A DNA stretch of 64,000 bases from Octopus vulgaris (lineage: Eukaryota): contig OX597835.1 of the NCBI GenBank assembly GCA_951406725.2, positions 42,718,001 through 42,782,000 of the forward strand, in the 5' to 3' direction. Below are positions 38,215 through 51,000 of the stretch, in pieces; position 1 is the first letter of the stretch; every line of letters starts with the position of its first letter. The notes under the pieces are model-generated. The model did no database searches and had not been told where the DNA came from. It saw only the letters and a program-made list of their open reading frames with translations. Made by a program: the position numbers and the translations under genes.

Positions 38215-39603
38215 TAGGTGGACAAACCACAAATCCCTTCAGGTAGATGGCCCTGCTCGATTTGTAGAAAAGACATAGGTAGAAACTCTATAAGAGGTGC
38301 AACAATATCAAAGGAAGGCTAACTGGGAAGATAGTTTTTGTATGTGGCAGATGCTCAGGAGGAACAAACACTGGAAATGTGCAAAAAACAGCCTCTGCCA
38401 CATTCCAGGGAGAAAAACTAGAAGTAGTTGGCAGCTTCTGTTACCTAGGGAACCAAGTCAGTAGTGGGGGTGGATGCTCTGAAAGCGTAGCTGCTAGAAT
38501 AAGAATAGCCTCGGCAAAGTTCAGAGAGCTCTTACCTCTGCTGGTGGCAAAAGGCCTCTCGGTCAGAGTAAAAGGCAGACTGTATGACGCATGTGTACGA
38601 ACAGCCATGCTACATGGCAGTGAAACATGGGCCGTGACTGCTGAGGACATGTGTAGGCTTGAAAGGAATGAAGCCAGTATGATCCGATGGATGTGTAATG
38701 TCAGTGTGCATACTCGACAGAGTGTAAGTATCTTGAGAGAAATGTTGAACCTAAGAAGCATCAGATGTGGTGTGCAAGAGAGGCGTCTACGTTGGTATGG
38801 TCATTTGGAGAGAATGGATGTGGATATCTGTGGGAAAAATTGCCACACCCTAGCAGTTGAGGGAACCTGTGGAAAAGGTAGACCCAGGAAGACCTGGGAT
38901 GAAGTGGTGAATCATGACCTTCGAACATTAGGCCTCACCGAGGCAATGACTAGTGACCAGGACCTCTGGGATTATACTTTGCTGTAGAAGACTCGGCAAA
39001 TGCAAGTGAGACCATAACCTTTTGGCCTATGCTAGGGGTGTAACCAGTCCACTAATGCATGCCTTTTTTTCATTAGACACTAAACTCTGCTTGTGAAGAC
39101 CTGTTGAGGCAAGTGAAATCGAGATCGAAAACAAATTCAATGACTGGCATCCGTGCTAGTGGAGCGCTAAGGGTACCATACAAGTGAGATCATTGCCAGA
39201 GCAACAAGCTAGCCTCTGTGCTGATGGCACATTAAAAACACCATTCGAGCGTGATCATTACTTGCGTCGCCTTACTAGTCTTGTGCTGGTGGCACGCGAA
39301 AAAACATTCGAGTGAGGTCGTTGCCAGTGCCGCTGGACTGGCTCCTGTGCAGGTGGCACATAAAAAGCACCATTTGAGCATGGCCGTTGCCAGTATCGCC
39401 TGACTGGCCCTTGTGCCGGTGGAACGTAAAAGCACCCACTACACTCTCAGAGTTGTTGGTGTTAGGAAGAGCATCCAGCTGTAGAAACTCTGCCAGATCA
39501 AGATTGGAGTCTGGTGCAGCCGTCTGGTTCACCAGCCCTCAGTCAAATCGTCCAACACATGCTAGCATGGAAAGCAGACGTTAAACAATGATGATGATGA
39601 TGA
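38215..39603 (+). mobile_element. RTE-clade LINE 3' fragment (Cys-rich segment, post-RT domain, long 3'UTR, (GAT)n tail)
   Basis: WPCSICRK...FVCGRC, LEVVGSFCYLG, LHGSETW, LRWYGHL, GRPRKTW in ORF 38379..38987. Confidence 0.9.
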
Positions 39604-39607
39604 TATA

Positions 39608-39859
39608 TAAAGATTAAGGAAAAAATGAAGAGGTAATTAATAAAATTATTTATCAATTATAAAATATGACAACATCTCTGACAGCTGTTTTGATTCAGAA
39701 ATCTTTAGATAATTAATTTATAAAATTAAAATCATTAAAAGATGATTTATAAATTAATTATCTAAAGATTTCTGAACTGAAACAGCTGGTAGAGATGTCA
39801 TATTTCATAATTAATAAGTAATTTTATTAATTGCCTCTCCATTTTCTCCTTATTCTTTA
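39608..39859. repeat. AT-rich fold-back palindrome whose arms contain the 3' half of a hammerhead motif
   Basis: Arms are reverse complements; gaaacagctggtagagatg versus catctctgacagctgtttt. Confidence 0.7.
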
Positions 39860-39986
39860 AATATATGAATATATGAACCACGGTTTATATGGTTACCTTA
39901 TAGTTAAACTTTCTATAGATTGGTAACTAACCAGTATATACATACATACATACATATATACCATACACATATATGTATATACATAC

Positions 39987-40029
<43 letters not shown>

Positions 40030-40152
40030 CATACATACATACATACATACATACATACATACATACATACATAGATATATATATATATATATATATACAT
40101 ACATACATACATACATACATACATACATACATACATACATACATACATACAT

Positions 40153-40187
<35 letters not shown>

Positions 40188-40214
40188 CATACATACATAC
40201 ATACATACATACAT

Positions 40215-40261
<47 letters not shown>

Positions 40262-40498
40262 CATACAAAATTAAGAGGAATGACCACCAAAGTGGACTCC
40301 TTATATGCTAGATATAGACGTCAAATTGTCTAACCATGAAGAGTGTGTTCTCAAAAAAAAATTTCAGCAAACACCAGAATGTAGGCGTTTAGCTGAAATT
40401 ATTTTCTTGAGAACACACTCTTCGTGGTTAGACAATTTGACATCTATATCTAGCATATTAGGAGTCCACTTTGGTGGACATTCCTCTTAATTTTTATG
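40262..40498. mobile_element. Near-perfect hairpin of the same family as 21458-21909, with minimal spacer
   Basis: tacaaaattaagaggaatgaccaccaaagtggac... and its reverse complement. Confidence 0.8.
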
Positions 40499-40589
40499 TA
40501 ATATAATTTTAATCTTCAGATTTTTTAAATATGCTAAGCCACTGGTTTTAATTGATTGATATCAATTTCTACCCTCATTATTTAATTGT

Positions 40590-40650
<61 letters not shown>

Positions 40651-41695
40651 TCATCATCATCATTTAGCGTCTGCTTTCTATGCTAGCATGGGTTGGACGG
40701 TTCAACTGGGGTCTGTGAAGCCAGAAGGCAGCATCAGGCCCAGTCTGATCTGGCAGTGTTTCTACGGCTGGATGCCCTTCCTAACGCCAACCACTCCGTG
40801 AGTGTAGTGGGTGCTTTTTACATGCCACCCGCACAGGTACCAGACGGAGCTGGCAAACGCCCACAAACGGATGGTGCTTTTACGTGCCACCGGCACGGAG
40901 GCCAGGCGACGCTGGCAACGGACACGAACGGATGGTGCTCTTACGTGCCACCGGCACGGAGGCCAGCCGGGGCGGCGCTGTATATATATATATATATATA
41001 TTAGACTATCCATGACCCATTGAGGTACCAGAAAACTTTGAGTTTCCCTGCAACAGAATTTTGTTTCGTGGGTTTTCTTCTTTTCCTGATTATTTTGCAT
41101 GCTTTCAATGGATGTGTCATCAAAATCATGCATTAACAGCTCCTTTCCCAGAAAAGAAAAGATTTGACTGCTATTTCTTGCATGCCGCGCTACTATGTAA
41201 CAGGTATTTTTGGTCCTTTATCGCAAATAGCTGTTATATGCTAGCAAGGTGTGCTAAAAATAGCAGCCAAATCTTTGGAGGTAAGATACGTTGAATGCAC
41301 TCACAAAAAAAAAACTAAGGAAAAAAAACCATTTCACATCGAGGTTACAAACAAGTCTTATATGAAATATTTACTGTATTTTTAAGCCATTTTCACTTTA
41401 AGATATTTCTTAAATATGCCAAAAAAATTTTTGTAATGGTATTCACTTACTCTTTACTTGTTTACTTGTAATGGTATTCACTTACTCCTTTACTTGTTTC
41501 AGTCATTTGACTGTGGCCATGCTGGAGTACCGCCTTTAATCGAGCAACTCGACCCCGGGACTTATTCTTTTGTAAGCCCAGTACTTATTCTATCGGCCTC
41601 TTTTGCCGAACCGCTAAGTTATGGGGATGTAATGACATCAGCATCAGTTGTCAAGCGATGTTGGGGGGACAAACACAGACACACAAACACACACA

Positions 41696-41739
<44 letters not shown>

Positions 41740-43374
41740 TACGACGGGCTTCTTTCAGTTTCTGTCTACCAAATCCACTCACAAGGCTTTGGTCGGCCCG
41801 ATGCTATAGTAGAAGACACTTGCCCAAGGTGCCACGTAGTGGGACTGAACCCGGAACCACGTGGTTGGTAAGTAAGCTACTTACCACACAACCACTCCTG
41901 CACCTCACTTGAAAATAATTTTAAAAAACATTAAAATATTGTCCGTTTAAAGAAAGCTAAAATATAAATATTGTACAAACTACTTACATTTTTAAAATCA
42001 AATTCACTTAAAAATATTTTTAAATGATTAAAATATTGTGTTTAACAAAAGCGAAAATAGAAACATTTACTGTAAAAAAACAACTCTTTATTTTTTTTGT
42101 CAAATCACTGTCTAATTGATCCAATCTGATTTAGCAGGATTTCTGAGGCTGGATGCCCTTCCTAATGCCAACCACTCCAAGAATTGTTTCAGGTGTCAGT
42201 TACATAACACAATCTCACTCGGCTTGACCGTTCTTCTCAAGCATGGCATATCACCAAAGGCCTCAGTCACTTAGCATTGCCTCCAGGAGGCCCAACGTTC
42301 GAGGATTATGCTTCACCACCTCCTCCCATGTCTACACCTTCTACAGGTTCCTTCCATACTCTTTTACTCTTTTACTTGTTTCAGTCATTTGACTGCGGCC
42401 ATGCTGGAGCACCATCTTTATAATCGAGAAAATCGACCCCAGGACTTATTCTTTGTAAGCCTATTACTTATTCTATCGGTATCTTTTGCAGAACCGCTAA
42501 GTTACGGGGACGTAAACACACCAGCATCGGTTGTCAAGCAATGTTGGGGAGACAAACACAGACACACAAACATATACATACATGCACACACATATATATA
42601 TATACATATATGCAATGGGCTTCTTTCAGTTTCCGTCTACCAAATCCACTCACAAGGCTTTGGTCGGCCCGATGCTATAGTAGAAGACACTTGCCCAAGG
42701 TGCCACGCAGTGGGACTGAACCTGGAATCATGAGGTTCGTAAGCAAGCTACTTACCACACAGCCACTCCTGCGCCTATGATTAATTATTTAATTATTTAA
42801 TTACATAATTATAATTGGATATGCTCTTGGTAAATCAGCTGAAACATATGTAGGATATTTTTTTTATTTATTAATGTCTATTTTTTATGGATTATATCTC
42901 TTTCTCTTTTCTCTTTTACTTGTTTCAGTCATTTGACTGCGGCCATGCTGGAGCACCGCCTTTTTTAGTCGAGCAAATCGACCCCGGGACTTATTCTTTG
43001 TAAGCCCAGTACTTATTCTATCGGTCTCTATTGCCGAACCGCTAAGTGACGGGGACATAAACACACCAGCATCGGTTGTCAAGCAATGCTAGGGGGACAA
43101 ACACAGACACACAAACACATACACATACATATATATATATATATATACATATATACGACGGGCTTCTTTCAGTTTCCGTCTACCAAATCCACTCACAAGG
43201 CTTTGGTTGGCCCGAGGCTATAGCAGAAGAAGACACTTGCCCAAGATGCCACGCAGTAGGACTGAACCTGGAACCATGTGGTTGGTTAGCAAGCTACTTA
43301 CCACACAGCCACTCCTGCGCCACTCCTGCGCCTTTATATAGATATAAAAATAAATAAATAATTGATCAATATAC

Positions 43375-43413
43375 CTTTTTTCCATTGTTGACTTTGTTTC
43401 GTATTCTCTGGAC
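43375..43413 (-). CDS. Host gene exon 9 (39 nt): SREYETKSTMEK
   Basis: tacttag acceptor, AAG|GTATAT donor, symmetric phase 2/2. Confidence 0.6.
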
Positions 43414-43527
43414 CTAAGTACATCATACATTAAGTCAAATCAGTCCTCTTCTGAGACATTATATCGACCTGGACTTATCTCCCAACTTTGATAATTATGT
43501 GTGTGTGTGTGTGTGTAGTATTAATTA

Positions 43528-43917
43528 GTGGAGGCGCAATGGCCCAGTGGTTAGGGCAGCGGACTTGCGGTCATAGGATTGCGGTTTCGATTCCCAGACC
43601 GGGCGTTGTGAGTGTTTATTGAGCGAAAACACCTAAAGCTCCACGAGGCTCCGGCAGGGGATGGTGGTGACCCCTGCTGTACTCTTTCACCACAACTTTC
43701 TCTCACTCTTACTTCCTGTTTCTGTTGTACCTGTATTTCAAAGGGCCGGCCTTGTCACTCTCTGTGTCGTCATGCTGAATATCCCCGAGAACTATGTTAA
43801 GGGTACACGTGTCTGTGGAGTGCTCAGCCACTTACACGTTAATTTCACGAGCAGGCTGTTCCGTTGATTCGGATCAACCGGAACCCTCGTCGTCGTAACC
43901 GACGGAGTGTTCCCACA
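43528..43917 (+). mobile_element. Full-length tRNA-derived SINE
   Basis: tggcccagtggtt A box, gtttcgattcc B box; TSD agtattaatta at 43517 and 43918. Confidence 0.9.
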
Positions 43918-45100
43918 AGTATTAATTAATAGTAGGAGGTGGATTTCATATTAGTCTTTTATCAGGTCCATGTTTTGACCTATCAGTCTGGGTCGCTTTA
44001 GGTACATTGATAAAGATTTTTTGTGTTGGTTGGCTTGTTGTAAACAAGTTTTCATCTATATATATGCATAAACACATATATGTGTCATCATCATCAGCAT
44101 CATCCTCATCATCCTCCTCCTCATCACTTAGCATCCATCTTCCATGCTGGCATGGACAAGGCAGTTCGATAGGATCCAGCAGAACAGTATAAATCTTTTG
44201 GAAGGAAGTTTCGTGTCGTGCATGTAAACACTTTTGTTGTTATGGGAAGACCCGGCAGGACAAGTGAGACCATAACCCGTGGCCTCTACCTGGGACGTAG
44301 CCAGCCCACTTATGCATACCTTTCCTTCTTGTGACACAAACCCTACTTGTGAAGACCTGTCGAGGCAAGTGAAAATCAAAATCAAAATCAAAATCGATCA
44401 ACATCAATGAAAATTGTAGCTGTGACACCAGTGCTGGTGGCACGTAAGAGAACCATCCGAACGTGGCTGTTGCCAGCGCCGCCCCGACTGGCTTCCGTGC
44501 CAGTGGCATGTAAAAAGCACCATCCGATTGTGGCTGTTGCCAGCCTCGTCTGGCCCCCATGTCGGTGGCACGTAAAAAGCACCATCTGATCGTGGCCATT
44601 TGCCAGCCTCGTCTGGCACCTGTGCAGGTGGCATGCAAAAAGCACCCACTACAATCACAGAGTGGTTGGCGTTAGGAAGGGCATCCAGCTGTAGAAACAC
44701 TGCCAGATCAGACTGGGCCTGGCGCAGCCTTCTGGCTTCCCAGACCCCAGTTGAACCATCCAACCCATCCTAGCATGGAAAATGGACGTTAAACGATGAT
44801 GATGACATGCTATGGGGTAGCATGCACACACACACACACACTTTCCATCTACCAAATCCACACACAAAGCTTTTGGTTGGTCGAAGGCTATAGTAGAAAA
44901 CAATTGTCCAAGGGGCCACGCAGTGGGACTGAAGGACTGAACCTGGAACCATGTAGTTCAGAAGCAAACTTCTTACCACACAGCCATACCTGCACCTTTA
45001 CAATAATTAAATATGTGAAAGATTTCAAATGATCAATAAATTCTTCAAACAATAAATGGCTCTTAGTTTTCTACAAGAAAACCAGAAACTTTTCCATGAC

Positions 45101-45134
<34 letters not shown>

Positions 45135-45151
45135 AATATTTCTGATCTTAC

Positions 45152-46651
45152 CTCAGAGCGGCTTCTGCTGATTCTGTTTTACCTGCACTCATAAACGATT
45201 TGTCGGTATCTTTTAATGATTCCAAACTCCGAACTTCTCTGACATCAACCAATTCTTTCGATGATCCAGTCGACAGTTTTCCTACATCGGTTAAACTTGA
45301 AGCTTTATCTTGTCTTAGCTTATCAGCACTGATACCCTCACCCAAATACATTCCACTCTTCCCTGCAGTTTCCGCTGATTCTTTGGACAACACTTCTTCA
45401 CCAGGTTCTTCTTTGGAAATCTGGGAACTGGTCACCAAACTTCTACTACCAATTGGTGTCCCTTCATAAGATTGGTTTGTGGCACCAACACTTTGCTCAG
45501 ACGTGACAGAGTCAAACGCTAAGGTTTCTTTACCTTCTCTTTCTCCTATCTCATCCCCTTCTTCAATCCTTGATGCTCCTTCTTTCTCTTTTCTTTCTCT
45601 TTCCTCTGTTTCTTTTCTTTCTCTTTCTCTTCTTTCTTCTTCGCTTTCTATTCCTTCTCTTTCTTTTCTTTCTCTTTCCTCTTTTCCTTTTCTTTCACTT
45701 TCCTCTTTTTCTTTTCTTTCTCTTTCCTCTTTTTCTTTTCTTTCTCTTTCTCCTCTTTCTTCTTCACTTTCTATTCCTTCTCCTCTTTCTTTTCTTTCTC
45801 TTTCCTCATTTTCTTTTCTTTCTCTTTCTCTTCTTTCTTCTTCGCTTTCTATTCCTTCTCTTTCTATTCTTTCTCTTTCTCTTCTTTCTTTTTCGCTTTC
45901 TATTCCTTCTCTCTTTTCTCTTTCTCTTTCCTCCTTTTCTTTTCTTTCTCTTTCTCTTCCTTCTTCTTCACTTTCTATTCTTTCTCTTTCCTCTCTTTCT
46001 TTTCTTTCTCTTTCTTTTCTTTCTTCTTCTCCTTCCCTTCCTTCTCCTTCTCCTCCCTCCTTTCCTTCTCCTTCCCCTTCCTCTTTGACTCCTCTCACCA
46101 ACTGACCCTTCTCTCTATCTTGTAAACTTGCCCCTTTACCTTCTTTGTGAACTCCAATCATCAAAGAATGTCCTTTCTCAAGCTTTCCCTGTGGTACCCT
46201 TTCTCTTCCACTTTTTTCCTCATCGGTTTCACCTATCTTCAATCTATCATGTGTTTCCTTCCTACTGGTAATTCGTTTCTCTAAATCTTTTGGGACCCCT
46301 TTTATCATCATTCCTTTATATTTTCGCCCCTGGGATGTGGTACGCCCAGGAGGAGGAGGTTTCGCTTGCAATTGGTCAAGGTATTCCACGGTTTGTGCTA
46401 TTTTTTTCCCTCTCATATTTTGATTTTCTGTCTGTTCCGGCAATAGTTCGTGAAGATTAAGTGGCCTAATATCAGTTGTTTGTTTTAGAATCGGTCTTCT
46501 TTTAGATTCCTCTTCCTCTTCTAATTCTTTCATTTCCTCATCTTTCATTTCCTCACCCCAGTCCTCATCACTTTCTTCCTGAACATTCTCAGACTGATGT
46601 AATTTGCATGTTTGTATATTCATTGGGAACCTCTTTTCAAGATCACTTAAA
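45152..46651 (-). CDS. Host gene exon 8: 1500-nt exon encoding a Glu/Arg/Lys-rich region with ERERKE repeats
   Basis: ORF 45148..46749; tttttgtatag acceptor; AG|GTAAGA donor; phase 2/2. Confidence 0.92.
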
Positions 46652-46725
46652 CTATACAAAAAAATAAAAAAGAGAGAAAAGACAAATATTTTTGAAAAAT
46701 TTTCTCTGCCCTTTATACATGTTTG

Positions 46726-47431
46726 GGATCTTTTCCTTTTGAACGGCACTTTTCAACACAATTTCTAGCTAAAATCATTCACTGCGTCTAAAACTAAGAC
46801 AACATCGTGTCACTGACCCTAACCCTAACCCTAACCCTCACCCTCACCCTAACCCTAACCCTAACCCTAAATTTTAGCCTTTCGTTTTTTTTTTCTTAAT
46901 TGTTAAATTAATTTAGAGCCTGGTGCAGCCTTCTGGCTTCCCAGATCCCCGGTCGAACCGTCCAACCCATGCTAGCATGGAGAACGGACGTTAAACGATG
47001 ATGATGATGATGATGTTACGCGTGTGTCTAAAATTATTAGTTTTGAGATACACGTGTATTATTTTAACTATTTTCCTTTGCTTAAGAAAAAAAAAATGAA
47101 AGGCTAAAACGAAAATAATGGAAAATAATTTAAACAATTAGCAAACAAATAATTCTATAATTTTATACACATGCTTTCCATACGTAAACATAACAGTGAC
47201 AGGATGTTGTCTCAGTTTTAGACACAGCAAATGATTTTAGCTCAATAAAGGTGATTGATTGGTTAAAATTCGAAAAATTAAACTACGTTAAACTTACAAA
47301 TTACAATTTTCTCAAGAAAGCCAAGAGAAAAAAATGTTTTATTTTGAAACATTCTACCAGTATACGAAGTTTAAAAGTGTTTAGTTAACTAGAAATTGTG
47401 TTGAAAACTGCCGTTCAAAAGGAAAAGATCC
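46726..47431. mobile_element. Non-autonomous DNA transposon, GG-start TIRs, 8-bp TSD, containing (CCCTAA)n
   Basis: ggatcttttccttttgaacggc...gccgttcaaaaggaaaagatcc; TSD catgtttg at 46718 and 47432; telomere-type hexamers at 46813-46870. Confidence 0.85.
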
Positions 47432-47815
47432 CATGTTTGTTGTTGTTGTTGTTGTTTCTTTTTATCACAGGTTTTGTTGTAACTCCTTGAGTATTGCATG
47501 TGTAGTGGGCTTGCTGCCAGAAGCCGACGGTTCCATGCTATCTGTTCTTTTCAGCTATCTAATACTTTCCTGATTATTCTAGCCATGCCAAAGACGTAAA
47601 CTTTGTGTAACAGTTCTACTCAGCACTCTATTCTGATTTCCTTTTATAACTGTTACAAGAGGTTTGCCTCCTTGGCATGGTCAGAATAATAAGGTAACTA
47701 TTAAATAGTCAAAAAGAACAGAGAGCATTCTACCATAGGCTGCAGACAGCAAACCGCTAGGCACACAAGACTCCAGGAGTTCCAACAAAATCTGTGATAA
47801 AAACATATAATAATA

Positions 47816-47857
<42 letters not shown>

Positions 47858-48049
47858 GTGCCTATAGTAGAAAGGATTATTATTGTTGTTGTTGTTATGA
47901 TTATTATTATTAATTATTATTATTATTAAAGTGGGGAGCTGGCAGAAAAAGTAGCACACTGACAAGAATTTTTGCGTCATTTCTCTGTTTTTATGTTCTG
48001 GGTTCAAACTCCACCAAGGTCGATTTCGCCTTTCATTCTTTCAGATTTA

Positions 48050-51000
48050 AGGGCAGTGTATTTTATTAGACGGGCAGCGTATATTATTAAAAAGGCAGTG
48101 TATATTATTAGATGGGTGGTGTGTATTATTAGAAGGGCAGTGTATATTATTAGAAGGGCAGTGTATATTATTAAGAAGGACAATATATTTTATTAGAAAG
48201 CAGATTATATTATTAGAAGGACAGTGTGTATTAGTAAAAGGGCAGTGTATATTATTAGAAGGGCAGTGTATATTATTAGAAGGGCAGTGTATATTATTAA
48301 GAAGGACAATATATTTTATTATAAGGTAGATTATATTATTAGAAGGACAGTGTGTATTAGTAAAAGGGCAGTGTATATTATTAGAAGGGCAGTGTATATT
48401 ATTAGAAGGGCAGTGTATATTATTAAGAAGGACAATATATTTTATTAGAAGGCAGATTATATTATTAGAAGGACAGTGTGTATTAGTAAAAGGGCAGTGT
48501 ATATTATTAGAAGGGCAGTGTATGTTATTAAGAAGGACAATATATTTTATTAGAAAGCAGATTATATTATTAGAAGGACAGTGTGTATTAGTAAAAGGGC
48601 AGTGTATATTATTAGAAGGGCAGTGTATATTATTAAGAAGGACAATATATTTTATTATAAGGTAGATTATATTATTAGAAGGACAGTGTGTATTAGTAAA
48701 AGGGCAGTGTATATTATTAGAAGGGCAGTGTATATTATTAAGAAGGACAATATATTTTATTAGAAGGCAGATTATATTATTAGAAGGACAGTGTGTATTA
48801 GTAAAAGGGCAGTGTATATTATTAGAAGGGCAGTGTATATTATTAGAAGGGCAGTGTATATTATTAAGAAGGACAATATATTTTATTAGAAAGCAGATTA
48901 TATTATTAGAAGGACAGTGTGTATTAGTAAAAGGGCAGTGTATATTATTAGAAGGGCAGTGTATATTATTAGAAGGGCAGTGTATATTATTAAGAAGGAC
49001 AATATATTTTATTAGAAAGCAGATTATATTATTAGAAGGACAGTGTGTATTAGTAAAAGGGCAGTGTATATTATTAAGAAGGACAATATATTTTATTAGA
49101 AGGCAGATTATATTATTAGAAGGACAGTGTGTATTAGTAAAAGGGCAGTGTATATTATTAGAAGGGCAGTGTATATTATTAGAAGGGCAGTGTATATTAT
49201 TAAGAAGGACAATATATTTTATTAGAAAGCAGATTATATTATTAGAAGGACAGTGTATATTATTAGAAGGGCAGTGTATATTATTAAGAAAGACAATATA
49301 TTTTATTAGAAGGCAGATTATATTATTAGAAGGACAGTGTGTATTAGTAAAAGGGCAGTGTATATTATTAGAAGGGCAGTGTATATTATTAAGAAGGACA
49401 ATATATTTTATTAGAAGGCAGATTATATTATTAGAAGGACAGTGTGTATTAGTAAAAGGGCAGTGTATATTATTAGAAGGGCAGTGTATATTATTAAGAA
49501 GGACAATATATTTTATTAGAAAGCAGATTATATTATTAGAAGGACAGTGTGTATTAGTAAAAGGGCAGTGTATATTATTAGAAGGGCAGTGTATATTATT
49601 AAGAAGGACAATATATTTTATTAGAAAGCAGATTATATTATTAGAAGGACAGTGTGTATTAGTAAAAGGGCAGTGTATATTATTAGAAGGGCAATGTATA
49701 TCATTAGAAGGGCAGTGTATATTATTAAGAAGGACAATATATTTTATTAGAAAGCAGATTATATTATTAGAAGGACAGTGTGTATTAGTAAAAGGGCAGT
49801 GTATATTATTAGAAGGGCAGTGTATATTATTAAGAAAGACAATATATTTTATTAGAAGGCAGATTATATTATTAGTAGGACAGTGTGTATTAGTAAAAGG
49901 GCAGTGTATATTATTAGAAGGGCAGTGTATATTATTAGAAGGGCAGTGTATATTATTAAGAAGGACAATATATTTTATTAGAAAGCAGATTATATTATTA
50001 GAAGGACAGTGTGTATTAGTAAAAGGGCAGTGTATATTATTAGAAGGGCAGTGTATGTATATCATTAGAAGGGCAGTGTATATTATTAAGAAGGACAATA
50101 TATTTTATTAGAAAGCAGATTATATTATTAGAAGGACAGTGTGTATTAGTAAAAGGGCAGTGTATATTATTAGAAGGGCAGTGTATATTATTAAGAAAGA
50201 CAATATATTTTATTAGAAGGCAGATTATATTATTAGTAGGACAGTGTGTATTAGTAAAAGGGCAGTGTATATTATTAGAAGGGCAGTGTATATTATTAAG
50301 AAGGACAATATATTTTATTAGAAGGCAGATTATATTATTAGAAGGACAGTGTGTATTAGTAAAAGGGCAGTGTATATTATTAGAAGGGCAGTGTATATTA
50401 TTAAGAAGGACAATATATTTTATTAGAAGGCAGATTATATTATTAGAAGGACAGTGTGTATTAGTAAAAGGGCAGTGTATATTATTAGAAGGGCAGTGTA
50501 TATTATTAGAAGGGCAGTGTATATTATTAAGAAGGACAATATATTTTATTAGAAGGCAGATTATATTATTAGAAGGACAGTGTGTATTAGTAAAAGGGCA
50601 GTGTATATTATTAGAAGGGCAATGTATATCATTAGAAGGGCAGTGTATATTATTAAGAAGGACAATATATTTTATTAGAAAGCAGATTATATTATTAGAA
50701 GGACAGTGTGTATTAGTTATTAAGCAGATTATATTATTAGAAGGCAGTGTATATTATTAGAAGGGCAGTGTATATTATTAGAAGGGGTATTATTAGAAGG
50801 CAGTATATTATTAAGAAGGACAATATATTTTATTAGAAAGGCAGATTATATTATTAGAAGGACAGTGTGTATTAGTAAAAGGGCAGTGTATATTATTAGA
50901 AGGGCAGTGTATATTATTAGAAGGGCAGTGTATATTATTAAGAAGGACAATATATTTTATTAGAAGGCAGATTATATTATTAGAAGGACAGTGTGTATTA

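Noticed and set aside
43946-44055. Candidate exon ENLFTTSQPTQKIFINVPK
   Set aside because: Needs phase-1 entry but the intron is phase 2 (gives an immediate TGA); no good donor
45479-46105. Plus-strand Ser/Phe/Leu ORFs
   Set aside because: Antisense shadow of exon 8
46813-46870. Chromosome-fusion telomere relic
   Set aside because: Short, single orientation, and enclosed within a TSD-flanked transposon
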